This document shows, piece by piece, positions 16,483 through 26,403 of a stretch of DNA of 64,000 nucleotides. Numbering within the stretch: position 1 is the stretch's first letter; each line of letters opens with the position of its first letter. A program made the translations under genes and the position numbers. The notes below the pieces were generated by a model. The model made no database searches. It was not told the DNA's origin and worked only from the letters and a program-made list of their open reading frames with translations. Source of the DNA: a virus (Duplodnaviria; Heunggongvirae; Uroviricota; Caudoviricetes); the IMG/VR virus record IMGVR_UViG_3300025896_000021, one strand, 5' to 3'.

Positions 16483-17743
16483 TAAAAACAGTAAAACATT
16501 CTGTATGCATCCTTTCACAGGGTTAGCTACACGAGAAGACGGGGCCATTACTGCTTGCTGTCGTAGTCATCCAGTGGGGTTCATTGACAAAGATAGCTTA
16601 GAGGGTATCTGGAACAATGATACTATGAAGCGTATACGCAAGCAAGTGTTAAGTGATGAGCGTCCCCCAGAGTGTGAGCCATGTTTCTCACTAGAAGATC
16701 AAGGTGTTGAGTCATTGCGTCAGCGTCATATCACTGCACGTATTCCAGAGAGTCGCATTAGCTTATACCCCAATGCATTAGACACACTGAATGACGATTA
16801 CTCAATGCCCTTTGAGATTCCTACTATGGAACTTAAATTAAACAATCTATGTAACCTTAAGTGTCGTATGTGTCATCCTATGGATAGTACAAGCTGGAAC
16901 GATTGGGGTACTGTTAAAGACTTCTACAAGCGTGAGGGCAACATCATGTATGCTATAGTAGAGGAACATAACTTAGAGAACAAACCCTTCTTAGATAAGT
17001 TTCAAGACAATCCCCAGTGGTGGGAGTCATTGAGTAAGCTATTGCCATACTTCCGTAGAGTAGAGTTTGCTGGGGGCGAACCGTTGATGGATCCTCAACA
17101 CTATCGCATTCTAGACATGCTTAGTGAGTATGGACATCAGATTGAGATCAAGTATGCTACCAATCTTTCTATGCTGGGTAAGGGTTCACGCAACATCTAT
17201 GAGTACTGGCCTAAGTTTAAGTCTGTAGCCGTTAACGTTTCCATCGACGGCATGAGAGACACTTATGAGTACATTCGAGGCAATGGTGATTGGGACGTTT
17301 TAATCGCCAATATAAAGGAAATACAGGGTATTAAAAATATATCTCGCATCGTTGGCGCTGTCACCGTGCAAGTGTCTAACGTATTAATTCTAGACAAGAT
17401 GATTGAATACTTTTTAAACGACCTTGGCATCATCTTTCACACCCATCGTGTTGAATATCCTAAGCTATTAAGTGCTCAGGTACTGCCATTACCGTTGCGA
17501 AACCTGGCGATAGACCGATTAAAAGCCATTAAAAAACACGTCCCTTTCTATCGATTGTGCGTAGAAGAGCCTAGAATCATACCATACACTCTGCTCCAGA
17601 TAGATGACAATATCAACTATTTGGAGGCACGTGAACAAATGGATAAATGGGACGATTGTGTAGCGTTTAATCACCAATTAGATTTGAATAGAAACCAATT
17701 AAGTTTCGAAACTGTAACCCCAGAGTTCAAGCCCTATGTATAA
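16472..17743 (+). CDS. Twitch-domain radical SAM protein
   Basis: CNLKCRMC, AGGEP, SIDG; N-terminal FCMHPF..CC..CEPC. Confidence 0.92.
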   Translation: MSCNKNSKTFCMHPFTGLATREDGAITACCRSHPVGFIDKDSLEGIWNNDTMKRIRKQVLSDERPPECEPCFSLEDQGVESLRQRHITARIPESRISLYPNALDTLNDDYSMPFEIPTMELKLNNLCNLKCRMCHPMDSTSWNDWGTVKDFYKREGNIMYAIVEEHNLENKPFLDKFQDNPQWWESLSKLLPYFRRVEFAGGEPLMDPQHYRILDMLSEYGHQIEIKYATNLSMLGKGSRNIYEYWPKFKSVAVNVSIDGMRDTYEYIRGNGDWDVLIANIKEIQGIKNISRIVGAVTVQVSNVLILDKMIEYFLNDLGIIFHTHRVEYPKLLSAQVLPLPLRNLAIDRLKAIKKHVPFYRLCVEEPRIIPYTLLQIDDNINYLEAREQMDKWDDCVAFNHQLDLNRNQLSFETVTPEFKPYV

Positions 17744-18665
17744 AGTAACAAGCATCTATCCGCATCAGGATAAAATTAAAGTCGAATGGAATTTAGGAAA
17801 AAGATGCAACTATAATTGCGAATATTGTCCTAGTGAGATACACGATAGCACCTCACCCCACACTGAGATAGAAATTCTCTACAGTGCGGTTGACACCTTA
17901 GTACAGCAGGGTGACATACGGTTGAGCTTTACCGGTGGCGAACCCTGCGTACACCCTATGTTTGAAGAACTTGTCTCATATGCTAAGAGTACCGGGATAC
18001 GATGGGTTAGTGTTACTACTAATGGAACTCGTAAAGCAGACTACTATGTTGGGTTAAGTGTAGATCAGTATGTGTTCTCATTACACTTTGAAAGTGATTG
18101 GCGTCGTGTGTTAGATACCATCATTGAAGTGCATCGTGCTAGTCAACGTTTTGTTATGGTTAACTTAATGGCTCATCAAGATAAGATGGATTTAGCTAAA
18201 GAAGCCGTAGCATTACTAAGTGCTGCGAATGTTCCCTATGTTGTCCGTCGTATACGTTGGAGTCAGGGTGTACAAGATGTGTTTAATGATGAGAAGTATA
18301 GTGAGGTAGACTTAGACTGGATTGTGTCTAATACTGCTACAGTAAAGCCTAACACTATCATTGATGATGTTGACAAGTATCACGCTAATGATATCATTAA
18401 ACTGCACTTAAACAAGTATCATGGGTGGAGTTGTAACGCGGGTTTAGAGTCACTAATGATTAACTGGGACGGTGATGTACATCGTGCTACATGCAGGGTT
18501 GGGGGTTCATTGGGCAATATCTATAAAGGTTCATTCTCTCAGATACGTGAGCCTGTTATCTGCACACGTGAGTATTGTACTTGTGCTGCTGATATCCCAC
18601 TAACTAAAGTTTCACTATCTGAATTACCTTCGTTGCCCGTTGTTCCGGAGCACAGTGACAACTAG
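17736..18665 (+). CDS. Radical SAM protein with C-terminal SPASM-like domain
   Basis: CNYNCEYC, TGGEP, TTNG; WSCNAG..C..CTREYCTC. Confidence 0.92.
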   Translation: MYKVTSIYPHQDKIKVEWNLGKRCNYNCEYCPSEIHDSTSPHTEIEILYSAVDTLVQQGDIRLSFTGGEPCVHPMFEELVSYAKSTGIRWVSVTTNGTRKADYYVGLSVDQYVFSLHFESDWRRVLDTIIEVHRASQRFVMVNLMAHQDKMDLAKEAVALLSAANVPYVVRRIRWSQGVQDVFNDEKYSEVDLDWIVSNTATVKPNTIIDDVDKYHANDIIKLHLNKYHGWSCNAGLESLMINWDGDVHRATCRVGGSLGNIYKGSFSQIREPVICTREYCTCAADIPLTKVSLSELPSLPVVPEHSDN

Positions 18666-19587
18666 TTTGATAGCAAGTGGTTGACGTTATAGTAGGGTTA
18701 TACTTAGCTATAAAGTCTTTGTCATAGATATTAAACTTATAGTCTAGGTTATATAAGCGTTCATTGCATGTTCCGGATAAACTTCCATCTTTGTTAATGT
18801 ATAGAGTATCTACGCCTAGATTGCAATCCCAATGATAGAAGTTACTATAGTTATTCAATGATAGATAGTTATTGCTTACTGTCTTAACGGTTCCGTCATT
18901 AAAGTATAACGTGGGGTCTTCATTGATAGATTTCTTACATTCATAGTAATAACGTGCATCGGGCAAGCGTTTATTCGTATTACTTAGATATTGTTTCTGT
19001 TCCGTTGTATAATTGACTGTACTATGCAGTATTTCATTAGAGGATATACTATATTGATTCTTACTGTGTTTAAGTTCTTCTATGATGTTTAAGCACTTAT
19101 CCCAATGATTAGGATCCATTAACACAATACAATTAGCCCATACATTCTTTTCGTATAATATATCAGCTACACTTATAATATGCTTTGTATCTATAGTTTC
19201 ATGGTGGCAACTTAACATAACGTGGTCAAAGTATTGTCCATATTCATCCCACCATCTAAGTGTTCTAGAGCCATTAGTTGACATACTGATAACTGCATTA
19301 TACTTATCCTTGAAGTGTTTAGTAAACTCTCCAAAGTCTCTCCATAATGTAGGTTCTCCGCCCACTATATGCAATAGTATTTGCTTCTTTCCTAGTGTTT
19401 TCTTATAGTATTCTATTAGATGTGATAGATTGTCGATAATACTATCTAATGTAGGCCAAGGTGTTATTCCTTCTTTACTACCCGGGAAGCAGTACCAGCA
19501 GTTATAATTGCACTTATCCCCGAGAAACAACTCTATTCTAAGTAAGTCTTTAGGTTGATTAGAATCTATTCGTATTAGATCATTCAT
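18604..19587 (-). CDS. Radical SAM protein with C-terminal SPASM-like domain
   Basis: CNYNCWYC, GGEP, STNG; WDCNLG..C..CYQTSCHC. Confidence 0.92.
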   Translation of the reverse strand: MNDLIRIDSNQPKDLLRIELFLGDKCNYNCWYCFPGSKEGITPWPTLDSIIDNLSHLIEYYKKTLGKKQILLHIVGGEPTLWRDFGEFTKHFKDKYNAVISMSTNGSRTLRWWDEYGQYFDHVMLSCHHETIDTKHIISVADILYEKNVWANCIVLMDPNHWDKCLNIIEELKHSKNQYSISSNEILHSTVNYTTEQKQYLSNTNKRLPDARYYYECKKSINEDPTLYFNDGTVKTVSNNYLSLNNYSNFYHWDCNLGVDTLYINKDGSLSGTCNERLYNLDYKFNIYDKDFIAKYNPTITSTTCYQTSCHCAPEQRATKVIQIVKL

Positions 19588-20984
19588 AGTAAATGACTTA
19601 GTTCAGGGAATGTTGTTTTAAAGTCTGTATTACGTTGCTTATCCATTACGTTAATATACTCACGGAAGTCTGGTAATAGATTAGTATGATCCTCATTGTC
19701 CATCCAATCTAATATACCCTCCCAGCGTTTCCATCCATAGGGATTAGTTGTCCAGAATTCTTCATCTTGACTATAGTTATCCCATAGCCATTGTTTTAAT
19801 TCACTGAATAGTTCTCTTACATGTAGTTTATCCTCTACGGGTAATACTCTTAATGATAACCAAGTGGGTATCCATAACAAATGCACTCCAATTAACCCAC
19901 CGGCCATTGTCTGTCCACTCGCATTCTTATCAAAGTTAATCTTTTTGAAGTTACTATTAACCTTCCATTTAATAAACTCTGGTACATGCTTGATATTAAG
20001 TATCTGCACAGCAAATGCAATGTTAGTTACAATGTTATCCGGGGCATTATCTAGCATGATTAATGACTGTTCAATCACACTCCAATCTAATGGGTATCTA
20101 ATATAATGCCCGCGAGTTTCCATTCCGTCTAAACTAAGTCCTACTTTAACTTTACGGAACTTACTCCATACATCAATTATCTCTTGATCTACTAATAGTC
20201 CGTTAGTATTATATCTCAAGCTAATCTTATCTGCATACCCACGCTTGATAATCTCTAATAGAAACGTTTTATGCTCACGGATCATTAATGGTTCGCCACC
20301 AGCAAAGTATAATTGCTTTATGTTAGGGATTTGATCGTATATCTCTTCCCAGAACTGTGGATTCTCATGCCAGAAGTTATTAAAACCCTTACGGTCCCAA
20401 CTCATTTGTTTCTTGATTAATTCTGATTGAAAGATGGGGAACACTTTCTTATGCTCACCCACCCACTGCGAACTATCGTGGGGACTGCACATAATGCACT
20501 TTAAATTACATGTATGGCCTAGTCTTAAGTCTAAGTACTGTAACTTATACGGTACGTTACCATCTTCGTCTGTTTGTTTAATTAGTTCAGGGATATCTAC
20601 ACCATCATAGTGCCATGAGCCTGTCTCCCATATACGCTTGCTAGCAATGCCTTCAGTTTCTTCTTTAAAGCATTTAGTACAGCTTGCGGGTATCTCTCCT
20701 GCTAGCATAGTCTTGCGTACAGACTTCATATAGTCATTGTTAAACGCTTGAGTAGGTAAATCGTGTGCAAAGTTAGCGGGCTTACCGTCTTCCATCTTTA
20801 CTAATCCTACTGTATAGTCTCCGGTGTCTGCTCCTGATGCATTAGCAACACAGCATATACGCATATCGCCGTTGGGTCTAGTTGCTAGATGAATCCAGGG
20901 TAATACACAAAATGTCTTGCTTCCTGCTATCTCTGTGATCTGATTCTGCCATTTAACTAATTGGGGTTCGGTGTTTTCTTGCAT
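19584..20984 (-). CDS. Twitch-domain radical SAM protein
   Basis: CNLKCIMC, AGGEP, YNTNG, SLDG; N-terminal FCVLPW..CC..CTKC. Confidence 0.92.
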   Translation of the reverse strand: MQENTEPQLVKWQNQITEIAGSKTFCVLPWIHLATRPNGDMRICCVANASGADTGDYTVGLVKMEDGKPANFAHDLPTQAFNNDYMKSVRKTMLAGEIPASCTKCFKEETEGIASKRIWETGSWHYDGVDIPELIKQTDEDGNVPYKLQYLDLRLGHTCNLKCIMCSPHDSSQWVGEHKKVFPIFQSELIKKQMSWDRKGFNNFWHENPQFWEEIYDQIPNIKQLYFAGGEPLMIREHKTFLLEIIKRGYADKISLRYNTNGLLVDQEIIDVWSKFRKVKVGLSLDGMETRGHYIRYPLDWSVIEQSLIMLDNAPDNIVTNIAFAVQILNIKHVPEFIKWKVNSNFKKINFDKNASGQTMAGGLIGVHLLWIPTWLSLRVLPVEDKLHVRELFSELKQWLWDNYSQDEEFWTTNPYGWKRWEGILDWMDNEDHTNLLPDFREYINVMDKQRNTDFKTTFPELSHLL

Positions 20985-20988
20985 CAGA

Positions 20989-21006
20989 TATTTAGTTCAA
21001 TAAATA
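20989..21006. promoter_or_regulatory. Divergent late-type promoters
   Basis: CTAAATA on minus (20989-20995) and ATAAATA on plus (21000-21006). Confidence 0.7.
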
Positions 21007-21014
21007 CGTCATAT

Positions 21015-21695
21015 ATGATTTCTAAGACTAACATGATTGTGCCCCCAGAGCTATTTGAACTAGCAGTAGACAGTGTTCCATACAGTGAGGGCAAGTTTGT
21101 ATTGAACGAACCCACTGGACGATTCTTCTATGATAAGTGGCGTATTAAAGAAGAATTCGTGGGGACAGCGTGGGAACAACTATTAGCAATGCTCCCGGTG
21201 CATGGTGAAGCACGATTGATCTATCTACGTAGTGCCACATGCTATACTACCCACAGTGACATAGACGATAGATATCATTTGAATCTAAAGGGTGGTTATA
21301 GCTATCTGATTGACTTAGATAGCCAACAGTTGCATCCTATCATGCAAGACGGTTGTTGGTATGATATGAATGCTGGACCAAGACATACTGCTGCTAACTT
21401 TGGATACACTGATAGAGTACAACTAGTGGTTCGTCAACTGCTTAGAGACAGCAAACTACACAAACCGTTGTCAATACGTCTTAGCTCCAACATAGACGAT
21501 TTAGAGATGGCCCGCTTCATCTTTGACGACACCATAAGTCCATGGTTAAACACCATAAACAAGCGTCATTTAATAAATGATTTCAGATTAAAGGGACCTG
21601 ATGTTCTGTTCAATCTAGAAGAACTGTATCTGCCTTCACTGCTAGAAATATTGCCAAAGGAGTTCAACTGTGAACAAGTATCTATACAAGATTGA
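21015..21695 (+). CDS. Asp/Asn beta-hydroxylase-like 2OG-Fe(II) oxygenase
   Basis: ARL..L...HSDIDDRYH...HTAANFG..DRVQLV; start moved to ATG 21015. Confidence 0.7.
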   Translation: MISKTNMIVPPELFELAVDSVPYSEGKFVLNEPTGRFFYDKWRIKEEFVGTAWEQLLAMLPVHGEARLIYLRSATCYTTHSDIDDRYHLNLKGGYSYLIDLDSQQLHPIMQDGCWYDMNAGPRHTAANFGYTDRVQLVVRQLLRDSKLHKPLSIRLSSNIDDLEMARFIFDDTISPWLNTINKRHLINDFRLKGPDVLFNLEELYLPSLLEILPKEFNCEQVSIQD

Positions 21696-22326
21696 TTACA
21701 CGGATAAAACACAATGTACAACTAATTTGTTGTATACTCCGATCATTATGGACAATTGTTTGCTGTGTATGGACTGGAATTCGTCTGACTATCATGAAAA
21801 AGTGCTTTCTGATAGCCTATTGTCGTGGTTCTTCGCTCGTGAAGTGTGTGGTTTTGAGAAATTTCAGGGGTACTCGTGGGCACCGGAAATTATGGGTATT
21901 AACGCCATAAATAGACGCATTTATTTTAAATGGTACGGGGATTCTTTGAACCACATCATCATGGATCCCAATCGTGATATCAATATAGAATGCCCTGATT
22001 GGAAAGAACAGCTTAACAAGATATTGTCTGACATTGTTTCTAATGATTACTATAAAGTCACACTATATCCTCACTGTTTCTACTTAGACGACAAGAAACG
22101 TATACATACCTTTGACTTATATGGGTGTGTACCTATGAACGACTGTATGGTAGAGTTATCTAAGGTTGAAGACATGATTGGGGCTGAGAGCGTACAACGG
22201 TTTGCCGAAGCACGTGTTGATGACAACATAGACTTCGGCATATTCTTTGACCGTTTACTAGATACTTACTTAGATAAGTATTGGAATGGGAATAACCCTT
22301 TCCCTCGTGCTATCTCCAGAAGTTAA
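21670..22326 (+). CDS. Protein-kinase-like fold protein (degenerate)
   Basis: FAREV, WAPEI, LYPHCF, FDLYG at helix-C, catalytic-loop and DFG positions. Confidence 0.45.
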   Translation: MNKYLYKIDYTDKTQCTTNLLYTPIIMDNCLLCMDWNSSDYHEKVLSDSLLSWFFAREVCGFEKFQGYSWAPEIMGINAINRRIYFKWYGDSLNHIIMDPNRDINIECPDWKEQLNKILSDIVSNDYYKVTLYPHCFYLDDKKRIHTFDLYGCVPMNDCMVELSKVEDMIGAESVQRFAEARVDDNIDFGIFFDRLLDTYLDKYWNGNNPFPRAISRS

Positions 22327-22864
22327 ACAAGAACTTATCACTTGCACCACCGTTGACACCCGCGTGCCAGCTCTTACGTGATGGCCATTGAAACGTATCT
22401 CCCACTTGTTGTTTCCATAAGCATTCGTCTTCAATGAATAACGCATGTCCCGGTTGACTAGGGATGATATGAACGTGAAAGCGTTTAGGCTCTAGTGTGT
22501 TACTGAGTATACCCTCATCATCTGTTACGTCCCAATGCCAGGGTGCTACGTTTCCCGGCTTAACTCTGCTAATCCAGCAGTAGTAAGGGCCATCTAAGTC
22601 TATATTAACAAACTTAGCAAACTTCTCTACTACACTGATATCAAACTGTGTGCCGGGGAAGTACATATCCCATGATGCATTACCACCTTCTTCTACTGTC
22701 TTATATCCTGCAATGTCCCATACACTAGAAACTTCTTCTAATCCCGGGATAATGTCTGTAGCTCTGTGTCTAGGGCCTACATATGCTGGGGGCATATCTT
22801 TGATTGTATTGATTACTTCGTTCCAGTCGATTAAGTGACTGCAATTGCCTATATACTGTGTCAT
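22310..22864 (-). CDS. 2OG-Fe(II) oxygenase/cupin-fold protein
   Basis: VKPG..APWHWD...WHAGVNGG..K.L. Confidence 0.7.
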   Translation of the reverse strand: MTQYIGNCSHLIDWNEVINTIKDMPPAYVGPRHRATDIIPGLEEVSSVWDIAGYKTVEEGGNASWDMYFPGTQFDISVVEKFAKFVNIDLDGPYYCWISRVKPGNVAPWHWDVTDDEGILSNTLEPKRFHVHIIPSQPGHALFIEDECLWKQQVGDTFQWPSRKSWHAGVNGGASDKFLFNFWR

Positions 22865-22865
22865 A

Positions 22866-23675
22866 TTAATAGCTTTCTAAGTGATTGATGCCGAGTTTTG
22901 TTCTAAACTCTTCGGTGAATTTGCCGTCTATTCTAAGTGAGTAACTTTGTTCCATGATCTTTTCTCCGCCGTGCCAGTCATTGTCATTCCACCATGCTGC
23001 TCTAGTGTTTAAATATGTTTTATCTTTAGTCTCAGGATCCCATAGATAAAACGCTTTCTTTGTATTAGGCCTTACATGAATAAACTCATTACGATGAGGA
23101 CCATGATTATTAATTCCGTTCTTAGCGTCTAAATCTCTATGCTCAAAGGGTATTCCGTCTGCTTCACAATGAAAGAATATAACCCGTCCAATATGCTCAA
23201 AGATATTGTCAGTGATTAACTGCTCTACCCATTTAACTGTATTAGGGAAATGTTTAGCTTCTTCCGTTAGTTTTCTTTCTGCTGTTCTATCATCCCATGA
23301 TCCTTCTTCCCATAAGAAATAATAGATATACGGGTCATAAGCACCCATTGCCATCTTTAAATAGCGTGTAAATCTATTACGTACTTGATAATCGTTGAAG
23401 TCACGGAATAAATCAATTCCCCCTAACTTAATTGGGTCATCATCAGGTAACTGCATAAACTCTTCCATAGCTTGATAGATGGGTTTCCAATTATGCTTAT
23501 AACTCATTTGTTCGAATGTAAATCCGGGTTTCATCCATGTGCCTTCTTTAGCATACATTCTAGCGTCACTGAAGCCGCGGATGATTTCTGGCTGCAATTG
23601 ATTAAACTGTTCCATATTTAAATACGGGGCCATATCGATATATGGCTGATGGTTAATTCCGATTAGTGATGACAT
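22866..23675 (-). CDS. 2OG-Fe(II) oxygenase-like protein
   Basis: EHRD...WHGG..SLRIDG. Confidence 0.6.
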   Translation of the reverse strand: MSSLIGINHQPYIDMAPYLNMEQFNQLQPEIIRGFSDARMYAKEGTWMKPGFTFEQMSYKHNWKPIYQAMEEFMQLPDDDPIKLGGIDLFRDFNDYQVRNRFTRYLKMAMGAYDPYIYYFLWEEGSWDDRTAERKLTEEAKHFPNTVKWVEQLITDNIFEHIGRVIFFHCEADGIPFEHRDLDAKNGINNHGPHRNEFIHVRPNTKKAFYLWDPETKDKTYLNTRAAWWNDNDWHGGEKIMEQSYSLRIDGKFTEEFRTKLGINHLESY

Positions 23676-23700
23676 TTTAATTCCTCGTCTGTTCTGTTGA

Positions 23701-23713
23701 TTAAATATTTATA
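23701..23713. promoter_or_regulatory. Overlapping bidirectional late-type promoter (palindrome TAAATATTTA)
   Basis: TTAAATA on plus (23701-23707) overlaps TATAAATA on minus (23706-23713) between divergent genes. Confidence 0.7.
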
Positions 23714-24396
23714 TGAAATACGACTACTACTACAATAAGCTACCCGGGGAAGAACCATGGAGAAACAATTTAATCTATACAAGTTTAATGAGTGAGGATA
23801 AGAAAGTATTTGTCCAGTGGTATTTTAATGATGAGGTCTATCACAGGGGTCAAAATCAAGTGGTTCTGCCCGAATTAATGCAAGAGAAGTGGGAGCGTGA
23901 GATTAAGTATGCTCAACTGATGAATTTAATGTATCCTGACTTAGTTCCTAAGATTCTTGATATAGATCATAAAAACCGTAAATTATATCTAGCAGTAGAT
24001 GGGGATGATTTCTGGCAGCGTAGTCATGAATTAAATAGCTATTATGATGTATTACCTGACTGGGATACTCAAATGATTGATATAATTAATGCCCATAAGA
24101 GTTTAGACTTACACAAATATAGTATGCATCCTTCAAGCTATTTTGTAGTAGAGGGCAGATTAAAATCAATTAATTATTTCTTTACATATCATAAAACTGA
24201 CCCAGAAGTTAGTATTAGTGATGTGGAAAGTCATATCTATAGTACTCGACAGGATGAAATGCGCAAGCATATAGAATCATTAGGAATAGAATGGGATAAG
24301 CCCCAACCGTTTCCTTTATTAGATAAGTTATGCTGGGAATCATTTAGAAAGAACTATCCTGATGAATTTATTGACAGAGTGCAATGTTTAAAATAA
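23713..24396 (+). CDS. Kinase-like fold protein, paralogue of 21670-22326
   Basis: Shared NL.YT, WEREI, VPKIL.I, PDW..Q, HP..YF motifs. Confidence 0.45.
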   Translation: MKYDYYYNKLPGEEPWRNNLIYTSLMSEDKKVFVQWYFNDEVYHRGQNQVVLPELMQEKWEREIKYAQLMNLMYPDLVPKILDIDHKNRKLYLAVDGDDFWQRSHELNSYYDVLPDWDTQMIDIINAHKSLDLHKYSMHPSSYFVVEGRLKSINYFFTYHKTDPEVSISDVESHIYSTRQDEMRKHIESLGIEWDKPQPFPLLDKLCWESFRKNYPDEFIDRVQCLK

Positions 24397-24938
24397 TACC
24401 CTGGAATGAATCATTAGATTTAACTGACTTCTATAGAATAGCGGAACAGAAGGGTTTTACTAATAATAGTAGCCAGAAGGCTATGATTGATTGTTTTGAT
24501 CGTGAGCCTGAGAAATGCGTATATATTCTTTATTATAATGATATAGCAGTGGGTAGCTGTGCAGCACATACATTTGATATAATGGGCGAGAATTGCTATA
24601 GAATAGCAGCAAGGACTTGTGCATTTACTGATATGATTCCCTACAATTCATTAAGAACCCGTAATCAAATAGTAACCCATCAGCATGTTACTAGTCAATT
24701 TTTAATACCCGCTTGTATTAATTGGGCCCCGAAGGGTAGTAGATTGTTTATTACCAGTACCGATAGTGATTTGGGTACTCAAAGATTAGTGCATAGAATC
24801 TTTGGTCCTGCTATGGCTAGTACAGGACAAATGCGTAATATGGGTGATGTAGTATATCGTAATACTAATCAAACAGTCTGGGAGTTATTCCCAGACGTGT
24901 TCATGAATGAATTAAACAAATACCCTAGATGGGTTTAG
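24384..24938 (+). CDS. Hypothetical protein, possibly GNAT-like
   Basis: YILYYND.AVG..AAH, YRI..RTC strand pattern. Confidence 0.4.
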   Translation: MFKIIPWNESLDLTDFYRIAEQKGFTNNSSQKAMIDCFDREPEKCVYILYYNDIAVGSCAAHTFDIMGENCYRIAARTCAFTDMIPYNSLRTRNQIVTHQHVTSQFLIPACINWAPKGSRLFITSTDSDLGTQRLVHRIFGPAMASTGQMRNMGDVVYRNTNQTVWELFPDVFMNELNKYPRWV

Positions 24939-25786
24939 AATAGAATTCTAAGTCTTTTATATCGTTCAAAGCATGTGCTAAAGCCCTCACCCGGGGTAAC
25001 TTCAACTAAGTTGTTGGGCTGTGGTTTTTCATTAGGTACTGACAAGATATTTGCTACAGTACTTGAACCGAATGGATTCTCGTCAGCGACTTTAAACGTA
25101 TCTGCAATAGGATCTGTTCTACATGCCACCCAGTATTGAGTATACTGTCTATCAGTTAAGAACTCATTTACTTTAGTCCATACATCCCATTCCATAGCTT
25201 CATAGAACACTACAGGACGAAACTTACTTATAGTCTTGGTACATCCTTGAATTGCTTCATACTCGTGCCCTTCTACATCTAGTTTGATAACATGACATGA
25301 GCTAAGTCCTACTGTATCTAATGGAATCATCTTGACGGTGATACCTTCATCCTCAGTGATATGAATGTCACCGTAGTTGGTAGATTTTGTAGGGTCAAAG
25401 TCTTTTAATGTAAACTCTGAACTCTTATCGCTTGCGCCTGCATTGACAACTTGAATCTTAGGGTAGTCTTTGCTGTTGTATGATGCTACTGCAAAGTGCT
25501 TTGGGTTAGGCTCAAATCCTAATACATTACAGTTAGTTGCTTTGTGTACTGCGACTAGATGATATCCAATATTGGTCCCGATATCAATGTACTGGCTTGT
25601 TTCTCCTAGATACTCTGATAGAATATCAACTTCTGCTTGACAGTACTCACCGTACAAGTCAATCGCTTTGCTGATGACAATATCATTCTTGTATACTAGA
25701 AAGTCTCCTATCCTTGAGCTAGTTACTAGTAGTGAATCTTTTAGTGAATCAAGCGTTGCTTGAATTGTGCTGGGTGTATCTTCCAT
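24935..25786 (-). CDS. FkbM-family methyltransferase
   Basis: DIGTNIGYH, FEPNP, IKLDVEGHE...I..FRPV. Confidence 0.9.
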   Translation of the reverse strand: MEDTPSTIQATLDSLKDSLLVTSSRIGDFLVYKNDIVISKAIDLYGEYCQAEVDILSEYLGETSQYIDIGTNIGYHLVAVHKATNCNVLGFEPNPKHFAVASYNSKDYPKIQVVNAGASDKSSEFTLKDFDPTKSTNYGDIHITEDEGITVKMIPLDTVGLSSCHVIKLDVEGHEYEAIQGCTKTISKFRPVVFYEAMEWDVWTKVNEFLTDRQYTQYWVACRTDPIADTFKVADENPFGSSTVANILSVPNEKPQPNNLVEVTPGEGFSTCFERYKRLRILF

Positions 25787-25830
25787 GTAAATCTTTCAGT
25801 GATACTATGATTTAGTGCATTTCAACCGAG

Positions 25831-26403
25831 TCAAAAAATTTGATCATATTCATTGTTATCAGGGATTAACCATCCCAGCTTCAGTAAGTCTTTGCGTATC
25901 TCATCAGTAACAAAGCCTTCACCCACGTATGCTTTTTGCTCTAGATATTCAATCTGTTCTTCTTTAGATAGTTCTCTAAATGAATCATCGTCTAAGTCTG
26001 TTGCATTTCGTATGCCACTACAGTACCAATTGATGTAGTCACCTTCTTGCTTTATATCAGCGATGATGCCGCCCGCATGCCTCCATGAACAACTCCATCG
26101 CTTTTCTGTTAGAATAGGCCATACATCGTTTTTAGTAAAATCATTGTTGCATAGTGCTGCATACAGATTTTGAGCGTAGATTGGATCACTACATTTCTCT
26201 ATGATATATTCACTAGTACGCAAGTCATATTCCATATTGTCAGTACGCCATTCAGCAGTTTCTTCTAACTCTAACTGCATTTGCTTGTGGCTTTTATAGA
26301 AGTCTATCATATCTAATGCAGACTGATCCTGAGGATTATCTATGAGTTTCTTCTCGTACCTATCCATACTAAATGTTCCCCGCTGTGGGCTTCTTCTCAA
26401 CAT
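25831..26403 (-). CDS. Hypothetical phage protein
   Basis: 190-aa ORF; YAQNLYAALCNN, WSCSWR, DY..WYCSG motifs. Confidence 0.65.
   Translation of the reverse strand: MLRRSPQRGTFSMDRYEKKLIDNPQDQSALDMIDFYKSHKQMQLELEETAEWRTDNMEYDLRTSEYIIEKCSDPIYAQNLYAALCNNDFTKNDVWPILTEKRWSCSWRHAGGIIADIKQEGDYINWYCSGIRNATDLDDDSFRELSKEEQIEYLEQKAYVGEGFVTDEIRKDLLKLGWLIPDNNEYDQIF

Noticed and set aside
4285-20984. RiPP precursor peptide for the radical SAM enzymes
   Set aside because: No intergenic space or convincing short ORF in the island; the 57-aa ORF at 3260-3433 is better explained by its terminator linkage
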